A stretch of 64,000 bases of DNA from a virus: the IMG/VR virus record IMGVR_UViG_3300025010_000010; one strand, written 5' to 3'. How positions within the stretch are numbered: the first letter of the stretch is position 1; each line of letters starts with the position of its first letter. The position numbers and the translations under genes are program-made. Below are positions 43,437 to 52,689 of this stretch, piece by piece. The notes beneath the pieces were generated by a model, which was not told the DNA's origin, did not search any database, and was given only the letters and a program-made list of their open reading frames with translations.

Positions 43437-44924
43437 TTACTGTTTCTTGTTAAACATCGTTACAGGCACATATGCTTCTTCGGGCTCGGTCGAATTCGGA
43501 GTGAAAGAACCATTTGCCCCAAAATAAGCAGGAGTCTCAACAGCAACAGACTGTTTAGCCAGATGAGCAATAGCCTCAAGATTCTGAGTATCCATAGCCT
43601 TGAGCTGTTCATCTTTAAACATATTGTTGGGATTTTCCATAATCTGTTTCATCAGATCATTCCGCTTATTATCCAACTCCCGAAGGCCAGCGTTCAGCAC
43701 TGCCCGAATTTCATCAGGAGCAGATTCGAGATAAGATTTCATATCAACCTTAGCGGCAGTATTCACTACAGGAGCAGTCTCAACTTTCTTTTCCTCTTTC
43801 ATTTCGAGACTGTTGACAATCTTATCCAACTTGTCTTCGGTCAAACCTTCCAGAAATTCCTTATCTGCATCGGTGAAAGCCGATTTCTCGTTTGCGATTA
43901 GTGCAGCTACCTTCTTGGGGCAACAGGTCTTCTCAGCCATTTTCTTTTCCTCCGTATTTGTTTTAACTTGAATCGTTTCATTTGTTACCGGGATATATTT
44001 CAAATCTTCCCGCACTTCAGATATATCATCGCCAATAACAACTTTGTCATCTGCGTCAATTTGGAAATCACGTTTAAACAATTTCCTGCCCTGATCAGTA
44101 CGTTGGCTATATACAAAATGATCATCATATACAGCCTGGATCATATGCATTGATACATAATTCCCGTCTGATCCTCTTATATCCAGCCCATCAATAAACT
44201 GATAAAGCTGATTTGCAATTCCCTCATGGGATAATTCATTTTGGACATGTACGGCAGAGGCCAGATACTCCTTAATTTTTCCCGGCTCAATTTCTACCGT
44301 TCCGCCCACTGCCAGCACAACCTTTGTTTTCATCTTGTTTTTGTCCTCCTGATTCAATTTAATATTGGCCCTAACGCCACAACCATCATCCCACGAACAA
44401 GCACCCTGCGCCCCTGGGAGCAACGCAAGATGGTCCGGTATAATCTCAGTAATTGAACCTGAATATTGTTCTCCGTTCCAAGTTCCAGGTATTCCATCAT
44501 CAAGAGCAAGCAAACCAGTGCTTACATCCATCGGCTCATTTGCATCAATGGCTTCCAACAATCCAGGCTGTTTCTGTTTAGCCAATTCAATATTGATCCA
44601 TGCATCTGCCCTCAATTTACCATCGACAAACTTTGGATTTTCTAACCAACCAATTGACCACTCAGCGGAAACAATAGGATCATTACAAAGTAAGTATTCC
44701 CCAGTATTATCTTGAGGATGATAAACCGGAATCGGCATCCTTTCCCAATCCTGGACAGATGCGGCAATTACTTCCGAGGGATAAAATACAGGATTGCCAA
44801 TCGCCCCATGATGAACTCCTTCAACCAGCATCACTACAGGATAAACTGCATAATCAAAACCATTATGCTTCCGTTTTGTCCCGGTCCCGGAAAAATGTAC
44901 TTTGAATTCTCTAAATTGTTTCAT
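43437..44924 (-). CDS. prohead scaffold/protease-like protein (DUF2213-like)
   Basis: 495 aa with a globular N-terminus and a long charged helical C-terminus. It lies between the MuF-like and capsid genes. Confidence 0.5.
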   Translation of the reverse strand: MKQFREFKVHFSGTGTKRKHNGFDYAVYPVVMLVEGVHHGAIGNPVFYPSEVIAASVQDWERMPIPVYHPQDNTGEYLLCNDPIVSAEWSIGWLENPKFVDGKLRADAWINIELAKQKQPGLLEAIDANEPMDVSTGLLALDDGIPGTWNGEQYSGSITEIIPDHLALLPGAQGACSWDDGCGVRANIKLNQEDKNKMKTKVVLAVGGTVEIEPGKIKEYLASAVHVQNELSHEGIANQLYQFIDGLDIRGSDGNYVSMHMIQAVYDDHFVYSQRTDQGRKLFKRDFQIDADDKVVIGDDISEVREDLKYIPVTNETIQVKTNTEEKKMAEKTCCPKKVAALIANEKSAFTDADKEFLEGLTEDKLDKIVNSLEMKEEKKVETAPVVNTAAKVDMKSYLESAPDEIRAVLNAGLRELDNKRNDLMKQIMENPNNMFKDEQLKAMDTQNLEAIAHLAKQSVAVETPAYFGANGSFTPNSTEPEEAYVPVTMFNKKQ

Positions 44925-45925
44925 TGTTCAACCTCTGGAATCCAAGGAATAGCCACGCACCTGCATTGTGGGTGGGCAGGAATCATCCCTTTTATTTTCT
45001 GAATATCATATACCCTTCCGTCCATTGGGGCACAAATCTTACAAACCCTGGAATCCCCAGCGGTTGACCATTCAGCTTTTACTTTAACACCTAACAATCC
45101 TGCCCTTTCATATTCCGATATTGTAGCCATATGATGAGCACGGATTATTTCTGTCCTGGCCAATATTTCCGCTCTTCTCCTGCCCGGTATCCATCTCCCC
45201 AATGAATCAAATATTCCAAAATCTTCCCCCATTCCGGTAATAATTTTATCCAAAATAGAAGCCAACTCCATAGGGCCACGACCTTCTGCCATCCCTTGAG
45301 CCAATGCCCTGGAAATCATCGTGTCCATTGCGCTAGTAATTCCCTGCAAATCAGTAAATGTCCTAATATATACCAGTCCAACCCTTTCAACATTAAAGGG
45401 CTGATTAAATACAACTGTTAAGGAATCTTCTCCAGGCATATCCCCGAAATCAGGAATATCAATACCAGCATTCCTTAATTCCTGCCTGCCCCTCTGCAAT
45501 CCCCGCTGATAAGCAGCTTGGATATAAATATCAGTCCAATTCGCCTCTGTTATCCTTCCGGTTGGGGAAATAATCTTAATCCCCCTTGTACCACCAGACA
45601 GAATATATTCCTGATATTGATCCTGTAACCAACGCATAAACTCCGTTATTTTATCGGAGGATAATGCATAATCAAATTGAGCAGGACCAGCCTCAATATT
45701 TGTTCTAATTCTTGCCGGGGTATTCAACCCAAAACAATCATTATCCACAATCGAAATTCTAATTACTTTGGCAAGCTGGTTGAACCTTCTTCGCATTTCT
45801 TTAACAAACCTATTTCTCAATGTCAAAGTCCTGGTCGGATCAACCTGATTTATTCTTATGCCGTTTAAAGGGGCTGTACAGCAGCTACATTCCATTTTCT
45901 TATTCCCCTGTACCTTCCCCTTCAT
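44921..45925 (-). CDS. head morphogenesis protein (SPP1 gp7 / Mu F-like)
   Basis: C-terminal CKICAPMDGRVY...IPAHPQCRCV, characteristic of the Phage_Mu_F domain. An alternative start exists at 45895. Confidence 0.75.
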   Translation of the reverse strand: MKGKVQGNKKMECSCCTAPLNGIRINQVDPTRTLTLRNRFVKEMRRRFNQLAKVIRISIVDNDCFGLNTPARIRTNIEAGPAQFDYALSSDKITEFMRWLQDQYQEYILSGGTRGIKIISPTGRITEANWTDIYIQAAYQRGLQRGRQELRNAGIDIPDFGDMPGEDSLTVVFNQPFNVERVGLVYIRTFTDLQGITSAMDTMISRALAQGMAEGRGPMELASILDKIITGMGEDFGIFDSLGRWIPGRRRAEILARTEIIRAHHMATISEYERAGLLGVKVKAEWSTAGDSRVCKICAPMDGRVYDIQKIKGMIPAHPQCRCVAIPWIPEVEQ

Positions 45926-47390
45926 TTTCCCCAGAAGTCGCAGGAACAGCTAATTTGCCACCTTCCTGACCTATAAGATCGTCATCCCCTTCCCCGTCAT
46001 CCTGAATCAAGGTTTCATTCTGCTTTTGCCTTGCATCCATAATCCTTTTTACTTTCTCGGAATCCAAATCAAGAATTTCTTCAAGGAATGAATCAAACGG
46101 AATCAATAATTCAGTATCCGGGGCAGTTGCATAATTCTTAATTGAATCTGACCTGACCTTGCCAACATCGGCCTTATCTTTATCGGAAGGAGCAGACAAA
46201 TCAGCCCATTCAATTTCATATCCATCAGTTCCAGGAGCGGTTATTACTTGATTTTCAATAAGTTTATTGATAACCGGCTCAAGGATAAACGGATTAATAA
46301 AATAGATTCTCCGATTTTCCAATTTATCATTCCAATGCCCCTCATCCTGGGAAGAAGCCAATTCACCCCGTTCTGAGCCTTCCAGAATCCTTTTTGGGAT
46401 ACCAGTTGCAATTGAAATCATCAATAATTGTACATTAACATGATTAGAAGGATCAGCAATATCAGAGGACAATTTCTCAACTTCAATCCCCTGAAGTTTC
46501 ATATATCGCTTGAAATCATGAACATATAAATCAATTTCATCTTCCAATTCGGAAGCAGTAGCGGTTAAATCCGCATCAGCCTGAGCCTGAAAGGCAAATC
46601 CAGGGAAAGCCCCTTGCCAGAACATTTCTGCAGAACCGCCAACAATCAATTCGAGATTTAACAGGCGATTGTAAATCCTCTCCAATATCGGAAGGGCAAA
46701 TATGTTTGATTCAAGCAATCCTTCTGTTACATGTAAAACTCTTGAATGATGAACCAATAAATCATTTGTAATTTTTGCATTACTTCCCGGCTCAGTATAT
46801 GAAAGCTGGTATACTTCCGGTTTCCCATATCGCTCTGAACCAGGGTTTCTGTCCCAACTTTTTATTGTCGCATTCCCTTCCGAATAAGGCTGGAGATAAA
46901 GCAATTCGACCTTGCCAGTTACAGGTTTAGCCATATCCTCTTTTACTTTTACATCTGAGAAACCAAACAGCAAAACACCATATTGCCCAATTCTAATCAA
47001 TTTCTCCAAACGAATTATTGTTGAGTAAATATGATGCTTCTTTTCGAGTTCACTCCATTCCTTTTCAAAGATAGTTTCATTATCAACTGACTCAATTACC
47101 TCAGGCATGGACTGCCAAGCACCATCAACAGGAGCATCTATAATCCTTGCCGCTATATCTCCCCGGCGATACTTCCCGTAATAATCATCGAATGTTATTT
47201 CATTTAATTGAGGATAACCAAGGGCCTCGTACAAATCCCTTTTACCATGAAAGGACTGACCCAATTTATGAGCTAAAGAAGCCCTGGAAGTAAGCAACGA
47301 AGAGGACAAAACACGATGAATAGAAGATCGAAGCATTTTTCTTGCTTCTTCTTTTACATTTACAACTTGTTTTGGCTTTGTTCTATTCAT
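45900..47390 (-). CDS. portal protein
   Basis: 496 aa with an acidic C-terminus, positioned between the terminase (plus kdsB) and the MuF-like gene. Confidence 0.7.
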   Translation of the reverse strand: MNRTKPKQVVNVKEEARKMLRSSIHRVLSSSLLTSRASLAHKLGQSFHGKRDLYEALGYPQLNEITFDDYYGKYRRGDIAARIIDAPVDGAWQSMPEVIESVDNETIFEKEWSELEKKHHIYSTIIRLEKLIRIGQYGVLLFGFSDVKVKEDMAKPVTGKVELLYLQPYSEGNATIKSWDRNPGSERYGKPEVYQLSYTEPGSNAKITNDLLVHHSRVLHVTEGLLESNIFALPILERIYNRLLNLELIVGGSAEMFWQGAFPGFAFQAQADADLTATASELEDEIDLYVHDFKRYMKLQGIEVEKLSSDIADPSNHVNVQLLMISIATGIPKRILEGSERGELASSQDEGHWNDKLENRRIYFINPFILEPVINKLIENQVITAPGTDGYEIEWADLSAPSDKDKADVGKVRSDSIKNYATAPDTELLIPFDSFLEEILDLDSEKVKRIMDARQKQNETLIQDDGEGDDDLIGQEGGKLAVPATSGENEGEGTGE

Positions 47391-48118
47391 CTGTTCAACC
47401 TTTTTAAGTCAGCGGGACAATTTATATCGGGGCCACAATCATTATTAACAACTACACATTGAACATTTATCCCATTCTCCAACCATCTTAATTGTTCCAA
47501 CCTTTCATATTGCTCAAGTTTAGTTGGCTTTAATTTAGATACCTTTTGCAATATCTCGTTTCTATATGCATAAATCCCAATATGTTTATGCCAAATCGGA
47601 AATAGATCAACCGGATAAGGAGACGAATCAGGAATTGGTCTACGAGAAAAATACAATGCCTTATTATTTAAATCAAAAACAGCCTTAACCGTATTGGAGT
47701 CAAGGAAATCTCTCTGCTGTCCTACTCCTTGAGCGATTACCGGAGATGCTATATCAATATCCTTATTATCGACTAAACATTGAATAAGTTGTTCACAAAC
47801 TTTTGGATCAACAAAAGGAAGATCACCTTGAACATTTAATATAATCCTATCAGAACGCATTCCATTTGCTATTTCCGCAACTCTATCTGTTCCTGATTGA
47901 TGATTCTCGGAAGTAAATATTGCAATTCCGCCAGCATCCGTAACTGTTTTAATAATTAAATCACTATCAGTTGCAACAACAACGCCATCAATTCCTTGAA
48001 TTTCCCTAGCCCGCTTATAAACATGAAGAACCATTGGCCAGCCAGCAATAAGGGCAAGTGGTTTACCAGGGAACCTTGTCGACGCAAATCGAGCTGGAAT
48101 TACCGCTATTGCATTCAT
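47387..48118 (-). CDS. kdsB: 3-deoxy-manno-octulosonate cytidylyltransferase (CMP-Kdo synthetase)
   Basis: Near full-length resemblance to KdsB: AVIPARFASTRFPGKPL, HQSGTDRVAE, NVQGDLPF, ALYFSR, HIGIYAYR, LEQLRWLENG. Confidence 0.9.
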   Translation of the reverse strand: MNAIAVIPARFASTRFPGKPLALIAGWPMVLHVYKRAREIQGIDGVVVATDSDLIIKTVTDAGGIAIFTSENHQSGTDRVAEIANGMRSDRIILNVQGDLPFVDPKVCEQLIQCLVDNKDIDIASPVIAQGVGQQRDFLDSNTVKAVFDLNNKALYFSRRPIPDSSPYPVDLFPIWHKHIGIYAYRNEILQKVSKLKPTKLEQYERLEQLRWLENGINVQCVVVNNDCGPDINCPADLKRLNR

Positions 48119-49524
48119 CTTTGGGCAATGCTCACTTTAGGTTTTGAACCCCAAACACCAGCCACTTTAACATTAGTCAATTCATCAAACGCATCTGAAG
48201 CAGCGTCAATTTGATCCTTTGTTCCATCAGGAAAGTTTTCAGCTTCCAACAAAAATGATTCATTCCAACTTCCTCGTAACAATTTAACATTGCCGGCTTG
48301 TGCTTGTGCCGATAATGGAGTTGCTCTTGTCTCTTTGCTCCCGGAAACAGGATATGAAACAATATTATATCCGGCCATTTCAGAAATAAAATGTTTCGCC
48401 TGAGATTTCCCGGCCTGCCCCGGATCTTGCGGAATCCGCACTTTCGTTTTTACCCCATCCTGTGAAGCGGTATTCTTTATTGTCGAAAGAACTTTACTTG
48501 AATCAATTTGACTTCTTTCAATATCCTCAACAAAATAAATGCCCCCAACCTTGACCATCTTGACTCCAACAGTCCAAGCTGGCCCATCCGCCTTTTCCCG
48601 AATTTTCTTTTCAACAGGATCAGCTTTTGTCCCGGCCAAGTCCCAAGCCCTCACTCTTTTGCCACCTGCCGGAATAGCTGAAACAATCTCAAAATCAGAA
48701 CGCCGAAAAAACATACCGGCAGAGGGGCGAATATTCCAATTCCCTTCAAGAAGTTGTGCCCGCTCTACCCTTGGAAGGGCATGAAGTTTAGATAAATATG
48801 CCGGGTCTTTCTCCAACAAAATCCTATTATCAAAAACAGAAGAACGGATAAACGTAAAACTTGAAGGAATCAACATTGGATATTTATCAACCAATTCCTG
48901 TCTTGTTTCTCCCCAAACAACCTGATCCCCATCAAGAACAAACCAACGAATTACCCCAGAGCGAGATTTAATTACAAATCCATCTTCCCCAATATACCAA
49001 TCAATAAATTGCCGTACCCAACTATCAGGATCAGGATTACAAGTGCCAAGAATTTTCCCGGATACTCCAGAAGCAGACCTATTCCTAGAATACATATAAG
49101 AAAATTGTTTCCAGGTGAAATGAGTTATTTCATCGAAACCAATAAGGGGAATCTGGGAACCTTGCCAATCAAACCGATCCTTTTCATGTTGCATGTGAGC
49201 AAATGCAACTCTCATCCCCGTTGAAAAGGTAAATTTCAATTTATTTTCATTTGATTTTGCACCAAGTGGAGTATAAAGCCCGGTCGCCTCATCCCATAAT
49301 GCGCCTTCCTCCTGAATTTGTTTTGTTGTCCTCCTGAATATTACCGCGCCAAACTTGGAATTGTTAAAATTATAAAGAGGTTTCAACAATAACGCAAAGG
49401 ACTTGCCGCCCCCGGCACTCCCTCCGAAAAATACAACATCAGCCGGACACTGCAAGAAATCTGTCTGCGGTCCAGGCTGGGGACGAATCTCAATAATGTT
49501 CTGTTTAGGGCAGGCTTCACCCAT
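48115..49524 (-). CDS. terminase large subunit
   Basis: Walker A FFGGSAGGGKSF, Walker B-like LIGFDE, C-terminal nuclease-like region with a DAASDA acidic motif. Confidence 0.85.
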   Translation of the reverse strand: MGEACPKQNIIEIRPQPGPQTDFLQCPADVVFFGGSAGGGKSFALLLKPLYNFNNSKFGAVIFRRTTKQIQEEGALWDEATGLYTPLGAKSNENKLKFTFSTGMRVAFAHMQHEKDRFDWQGSQIPLIGFDEITHFTWKQFSYMYSRNRSASGVSGKILGTCNPDPDSWVRQFIDWYIGEDGFVIKSRSGVIRWFVLDGDQVVWGETRQELVDKYPMLIPSSFTFIRSSVFDNRILLEKDPAYLSKLHALPRVERAQLLEGNWNIRPSAGMFFRRSDFEIVSAIPAGGKRVRAWDLAGTKADPVEKKIREKADGPAWTVGVKMVKVGGIYFVEDIERSQIDSSKVLSTIKNTASQDGVKTKVRIPQDPGQAGKSQAKHFISEMAGYNIVSYPVSGSKETRATPLSAQAQAGNVKLLRGSWNESFLLEAENFPDGTKDQIDAASDAFDELTNVKVAGVWGSKPKVSIAQR

Positions 49525-50086
49525 TATTCAAACTCCGTTCAGGAGGGAGAATCACAACAACATTGCCAGCCTGGAGTGGTTCCCCATTAGGACCAGATAT
49601 TTCTTGCTGTTGATTTACTGTCCAGCGTTTATCAGGGGATAATTGTTTTGTCCGATTTGTAAGCCAAAGAGTTGCAGCGCCAACATCAGGAGGATAATGC
49701 TTTTTAATTGGGGTGATTGTTACCCCTCCCATATAACTGCTTATATGGACATCCTCATGGGTGTAACCGCAAGCTCTATGATATAAGGATTTGGCCACGT
49801 TAGCGTCTGCAATCTCCCTTCCCTCCCTTATGGCCCTAAAAAACTCATCATATTGTCTTATCCAATTTTCTATGCTAATCGTGGATACTCCTAACAATTG
49901 CCCCAATCTTTCATTAGTACAACCCAATAAACAAAACTTATGAGCTAATTCAGGGTGAACCTTTGAGTCATATATAGGGGGTCTGCCTTCTGGCTGTTTA
50001 GGGACAGGGGATACTCTTTGAGGCTTCTTTCTAGCCTTTTTAATTGGTTTGGGGGGAGATTTTGTTTTTGTACGAACCATTTTCAA
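49517..50086 (-). CDS. terminase small subunit
   Basis: Basic N-terminus, HTH-like LGCTNERLGQLLGVSTISIENWI. First gene of the - strand operon, overlapping the large subunit gene. Confidence 0.6.
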   Translation of the reverse strand: MKMVRTKTKSPPKPIKKARKKPQRVSPVPKQPEGRPPIYDSKVHPELAHKFCLLGCTNERLGQLLGVSTISIENWIRQYDEFFRAIREGREIADANVAKSLYHRACGYTHEDVHISSYMGGVTITPIKKHYPPDVGAATLWLTNRTKQLSPDKRWTVNQQQEISGPNGEPLQAGNVVVILPPERSLNNG

Positions 50087-50118
50087 TCTTTTTTATTAGG
50101 GTTGAATGACTTATTTAT

Positions 50119-50137
50119 CTTAAATATATAGGATTTT
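50119..50137 (-). promoter_or_regulatory. partial copy of the AAAA-NNN-TATATATTTAA motif, oriented toward the terminase operon
   Basis: The - strand reads AAAATCCTATATATTTAAG, about 33 nt upstream of the terS start. Compare the + strand copies at 50211 and 51503. Confidence 0.3.
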
Positions 50138-50204
50138 ATTAGGAAAATAAAGGGGTTGGATTTTTTTTGGGGTTTTTCCTCTTTTTTCTTACTTTTTCCT
50201 TTTC

Positions 50205-50270
50205 TTTTTTTTGAAAAGGATATATATTTAAATTAAGAGAGGGAGAAAAACAAACCCCAAGGAGGACAAA
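50205..50270 (+). promoter_or_regulatory. promoter/leader element, copy 1 (TTGAAAAGGATATATATTT core)
   Basis: The 19-nt core at 50211-50229 is identical to 51503-51521. Similarity continues to the RBS and start. It is preceded by a long T/C-rich tract (50161-50210). Confidence 0.5.
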
Positions 50271-50534
50271 ATGAAAGCAACAACGAGAGTAAGGTTTATC
50301 GGAACAGGAACAGCACAAAGATCGGCTTTATGTCCTTTTGAATTTGCTTATGTAGAGATAGAAACAAATGGTATCAGGTATCGGTGGTTTAATGAGCAGG
50401 GAGCGTGGGATGCCCATAAAATTTTTGGAAAGGAAGGATGTCTTTGTGATATCACTGCAAACTTCACAGAAAAAAGAACATTGCAAAGAGTAAGGGTATT
50501 AACAAGTAACATTCCCAATAATAACATGAGATAA
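50271..50534 (+). CDS. hypothetical protein
   Basis: AAGGAGGACAAAATG start context; 87 aa. Confidence 0.6.
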   Translation: MKATTRVRFIGTGTAQRSALCPFEFAYVEIETNGIRYRWFNEQGAWDAHKIFGKEGCLCDITANFTEKRTLQRVRVLTSNIPNNNMR

Positions 50535-50581
50535 ACTAACCTGTCCTGGGCATGACTCTAAACTGCCCAAGGGAGGACAAA

Positions 50582-50797
50582 ATGAAATGTACATGGTTTT
50601 ATTTTATTAATGATAATTTTTTAAGCGTTCGCCGTCAAATCCATGTTATTATTGATGGCCAATTTTATCGAATTTTCGGGACTGAAGACCGAGAAATTCG
50701 TAGAGTTGAATCTGCAACGAAACAACCCAAAATTCAAAATAAAAAAATTATTAATCAACTTTTAGAAGCGGTTGATAATTTTGCTCAAGTTATTTAA
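50582..50797 (+). CDS. hypothetical protein
   Basis: Trimmed to the ATG after GGGAGGACAAA. Confidence 0.55.
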   Translation: MKCTWFYFINDNFLSVRRQIHVIIDGQFYRIFGTEDREIRRVESATKQPKIQNKKIINQLLEAVDNFAQVI

Positions 50798-50808
50798 AAT
50801 TAATCAAA

Positions 50809-50994
50809 ATGACCAAACAATCTAATATCCTGGTAGTGCAGTGCTCATACTGCACCACTTTTATCCGGGTAATCGATTCCAAAGGAACCCAGGGTGGTCT
50901 TTCTCACGGGATTTGTGAAAAATGCTTTGAAAAATTAATGGAGGATTTTGAGCAATGCAAAGAACTCATTTCAAAGGAAAGGGACAAAAAATGA
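50809..50994 (+). CDS. small zinc-binding protein
   Basis: CSYC...HGICEKC. Confidence 0.5.
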   Translation: MTKQSNILVVQCSYCTTFIRVIDSKGTQGGLSHGICEKCFEKLMEDFEQCKELISKERDKK

Positions 50995-51473
50995 ATATCT
51001 TGGTCACAAAGCATATCAATCAGGCTCATTCTTTAGCTTGGTCCTTTTGCCGAACAACTGGGATTGATTTTGAGGAATTGAAATCTGAAGCCCTTTTGGC
51101 CCTTTGTATTGCTGTTGATAATTATAATCCTTCCAGGGGAAAATTATCAACCTGCGTCCACCATTATGTTACCAGGGCATTATGTGATTTCGTTAAAGAT
51201 CAAAAGGAAAATGTTTGTGATGAATATGAAGATATTGCTAAGAATATCAACACTGAAAATACAGCTGTTTTTCGGCATCTATTAAGCAATTTAGGGGAAG
51301 AGGCCAAAATGGTTGCGAATATTATCTTTTCTGGTCCTGCGGAAATTATGGGGATTGCTGCCGATACCTCCTATTATTCAATCAAGGGAAAAATCAAGGA
51401 ATTTTTAGTTGGTAAGGGAATTAAGAAATGCAGGATTGATGAGGCTTTTGAGGAATTAAGAAATTTATTTTAA
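50991..51473 (+). CDS. sigma-70-family (ECF-sized) sigma factor-like protein
   Basis: The region-2-like segment is DFEELKSEALLALCIAVDNYNPSRGKLSTCVHHYVTRAL. There is also a C-terminal HTH-like region. ATGA overlap at the start. Confidence 0.55.
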   Translation: MNILVTKHINQAHSLAWSFCRTTGIDFEELKSEALLALCIAVDNYNPSRGKLSTCVHHYVTRALCDFVKDQKENVCDEYEDIAKNINTENTAVFRHLLSNLGEEAKMVANIIFSGPAEIMGIAADTSYYSIKGKIKEFLVGKGIKKCRIDEAFEELRNLF

Positions 51474-51496
51474 AAAAGATTGTATTTACCCTTTAC

Positions 51497-51565
51497 TTTT
51501 GTTTGAAAAGGATATATATTTTAATCATAGAGAGGAAGAAATCAAACTCAACAAGGGAGAAAATC
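51497..51565 (+). promoter_or_regulatory. promoter/leader element, copy 2 (TTGAAAAGGATATATATTT core)
   Basis: Core at 51503-51521. The track ORF 'start' at 51503 is just the TTG of this motif. Confidence 0.5.
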
Positions 51566-51799
51566 ATGACTACGAAGGGCGAATATATCGAAAATCACCC
51601 CAAAAGCGAATTGGCAAGAAGATTAAATCTTAATGATTGGCCATCAGATACAAAAATCGAAATTATCGGAGGGCTTATTGCTCCTTATAACAAAAATAGT
51701 AATCTCTATAAGGCTTTGCAAATTACGACCAAAAAAGAATGGATAATCGGCGGCCACAGACGGTATGGTACAGAGGGCTGGTGGATTGCGGTAGCTTAA
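51566..51799 (+). CDS. hypothetical protein
   Basis: ATG after AAGGGAGA; 77 aa. Confidence 0.55.
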   Translation: MTTKGEYIENHPKSELARRLNLNDWPSDTKIEIIGGLIAPYNKNSNLYKALQITTKKEWIIGGHRRYGTEGWWIAVA

Positions 51800-51815
51800 C
51801 AAAAGGAAATAACTT

Positions 51816-52070
51816 ATGATCAGACAACAAAACATAACCGGCAAGGGCGGTAAAAGACCAGGGGCAGGACGGCCAAAACTGCCCCTTAATCGAAAAAAAG
51901 TAGCCTGGCTGGCTACCCTATCCCCGGAAGTGCGAGAATGGCTACAGGGGCAGAAAAACGCTTCCAGGATCGTAGAAAACCTTATCAGGGAGAAAATGAA
52001 AATAGGAATTGTTTTATTAATTGTTTACTCCTATCTTTTTGTCGGGTGGATCGAATGGATACCGATCTGA
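51816..52070 (+). CDS. small basic DNA-binding-like protein with C-terminal TM
   Basis: GGKRPGAGRPKLP motif; hydrophobic tail. Confidence 0.5.
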   Translation: MIRQQNITGKGGKRPGAGRPKLPLNRKKVAWLATLSPEVREWLQGQKNASRIVENLIREKMKIGIVLLIVYSYLFVGWIEWIPI

Positions 52071-52471
52071 AACAAGCCGAATTAATGGGGAATAAAATTA
52101 AATTTTCTTTTCCCCGAACTTTTATTGATGCCAGAAGGGCTAAACTCCTTTCAGGTCGAGGATATATTGAAAAATTTGATTTCTGGACCTGTGATCTTTT
52201 AATTCAGAATGTAATTGCCCTTAAACAATGGGGATTCACTTTTGAAACAAAATTAAATCATTGGCATTCCCAGAACAAACCAGAATTAAATGAATTATCA
52301 AACAATTTAAAAATCCCTTGGTATAGGATAGAAGAAACTGGAGAAAAACGCTGTAATAATTGTATTTATAATATCGCTTATGCCTGCGGAATTTGTTCAG
52401 AATTGAGAATACCGGCCGAAATATGGAATTATGGTTGTATAAATTTTAGATATTTTAACGGATATTTTTAA
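52055..52471 (+). CDS. hypothetical protein
   Basis: Trimmed to the ATG at 52055; Cys cluster CNNC...CGIC. Confidence 0.5.
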   Translation: MDTDLKQAELMGNKIKFSFPRTFIDARRAKLLSGRGYIEKFDFWTCDLLIQNVIALKQWGFTFETKLNHWHSQNKPELNELSNNLKIPWYRIEETGEKRCNNCIYNIAYACGICSELRIPAEIWNYGCINFRYFNGYF

Positions 52472-52480
52472 ACAATCCAG

Positions 52481-52486
52481 TATAAT
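52481..52486 (+). promoter_or_regulatory. candidate -10 box (cagTATAAT)
   Basis: In the gap before the small ORF at 52512. Confidence 0.3.
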
Positions 52487-52511
52487 AAAATAAACAAAGG
52501 AGGGCATAAAT

Positions 52512-52685
52512 ATGGATAATCTCAAAACAACAATTATGCGACGAGACAATCTTTCTTCCGATGAAGCGGATAATTTAATCAATGAAGCAAAACAAGAAGT
52601 GAATAATGGAGCTGATCCAGAAGAAGTTTTATATAATTATTTCGGGCTTGAACCGGATTATATTTTTGATCTTCTGGATTTTTAA
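52512..52685 (+). CDS. small acidic protein (57 aa, below ORF-track cutoff)
   Basis: AAAGGAGGG RBS 8 nt upstream. It ends 4 nt before the primase ATG. Confidence 0.5.
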   Translation: MDNLKTTIMRRDNLSSDEADNLINEAKQEVNNGADPEEVLYNYFGLEPDYIFDLLDF

Positions 52686-52689
52686 TAAT

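Noticed and set aside
8739-51565. N-terminal extensions of several track ORFs. Examples: 8739, 8953, 11716, 15646, 16956, 19168, 33920, 39622, 40734, 42946, 43421, 50552, 51503, 52606, 56591, 58764, 61435.
   Set aside because: The extensions overlap the upstream gene by tens of nucleotides or start at TTG/GTG without an RBS. Internal ATGs with SD sequences or ATGA/TAATG coupling give compact gene packing, so the starts were trimmed.
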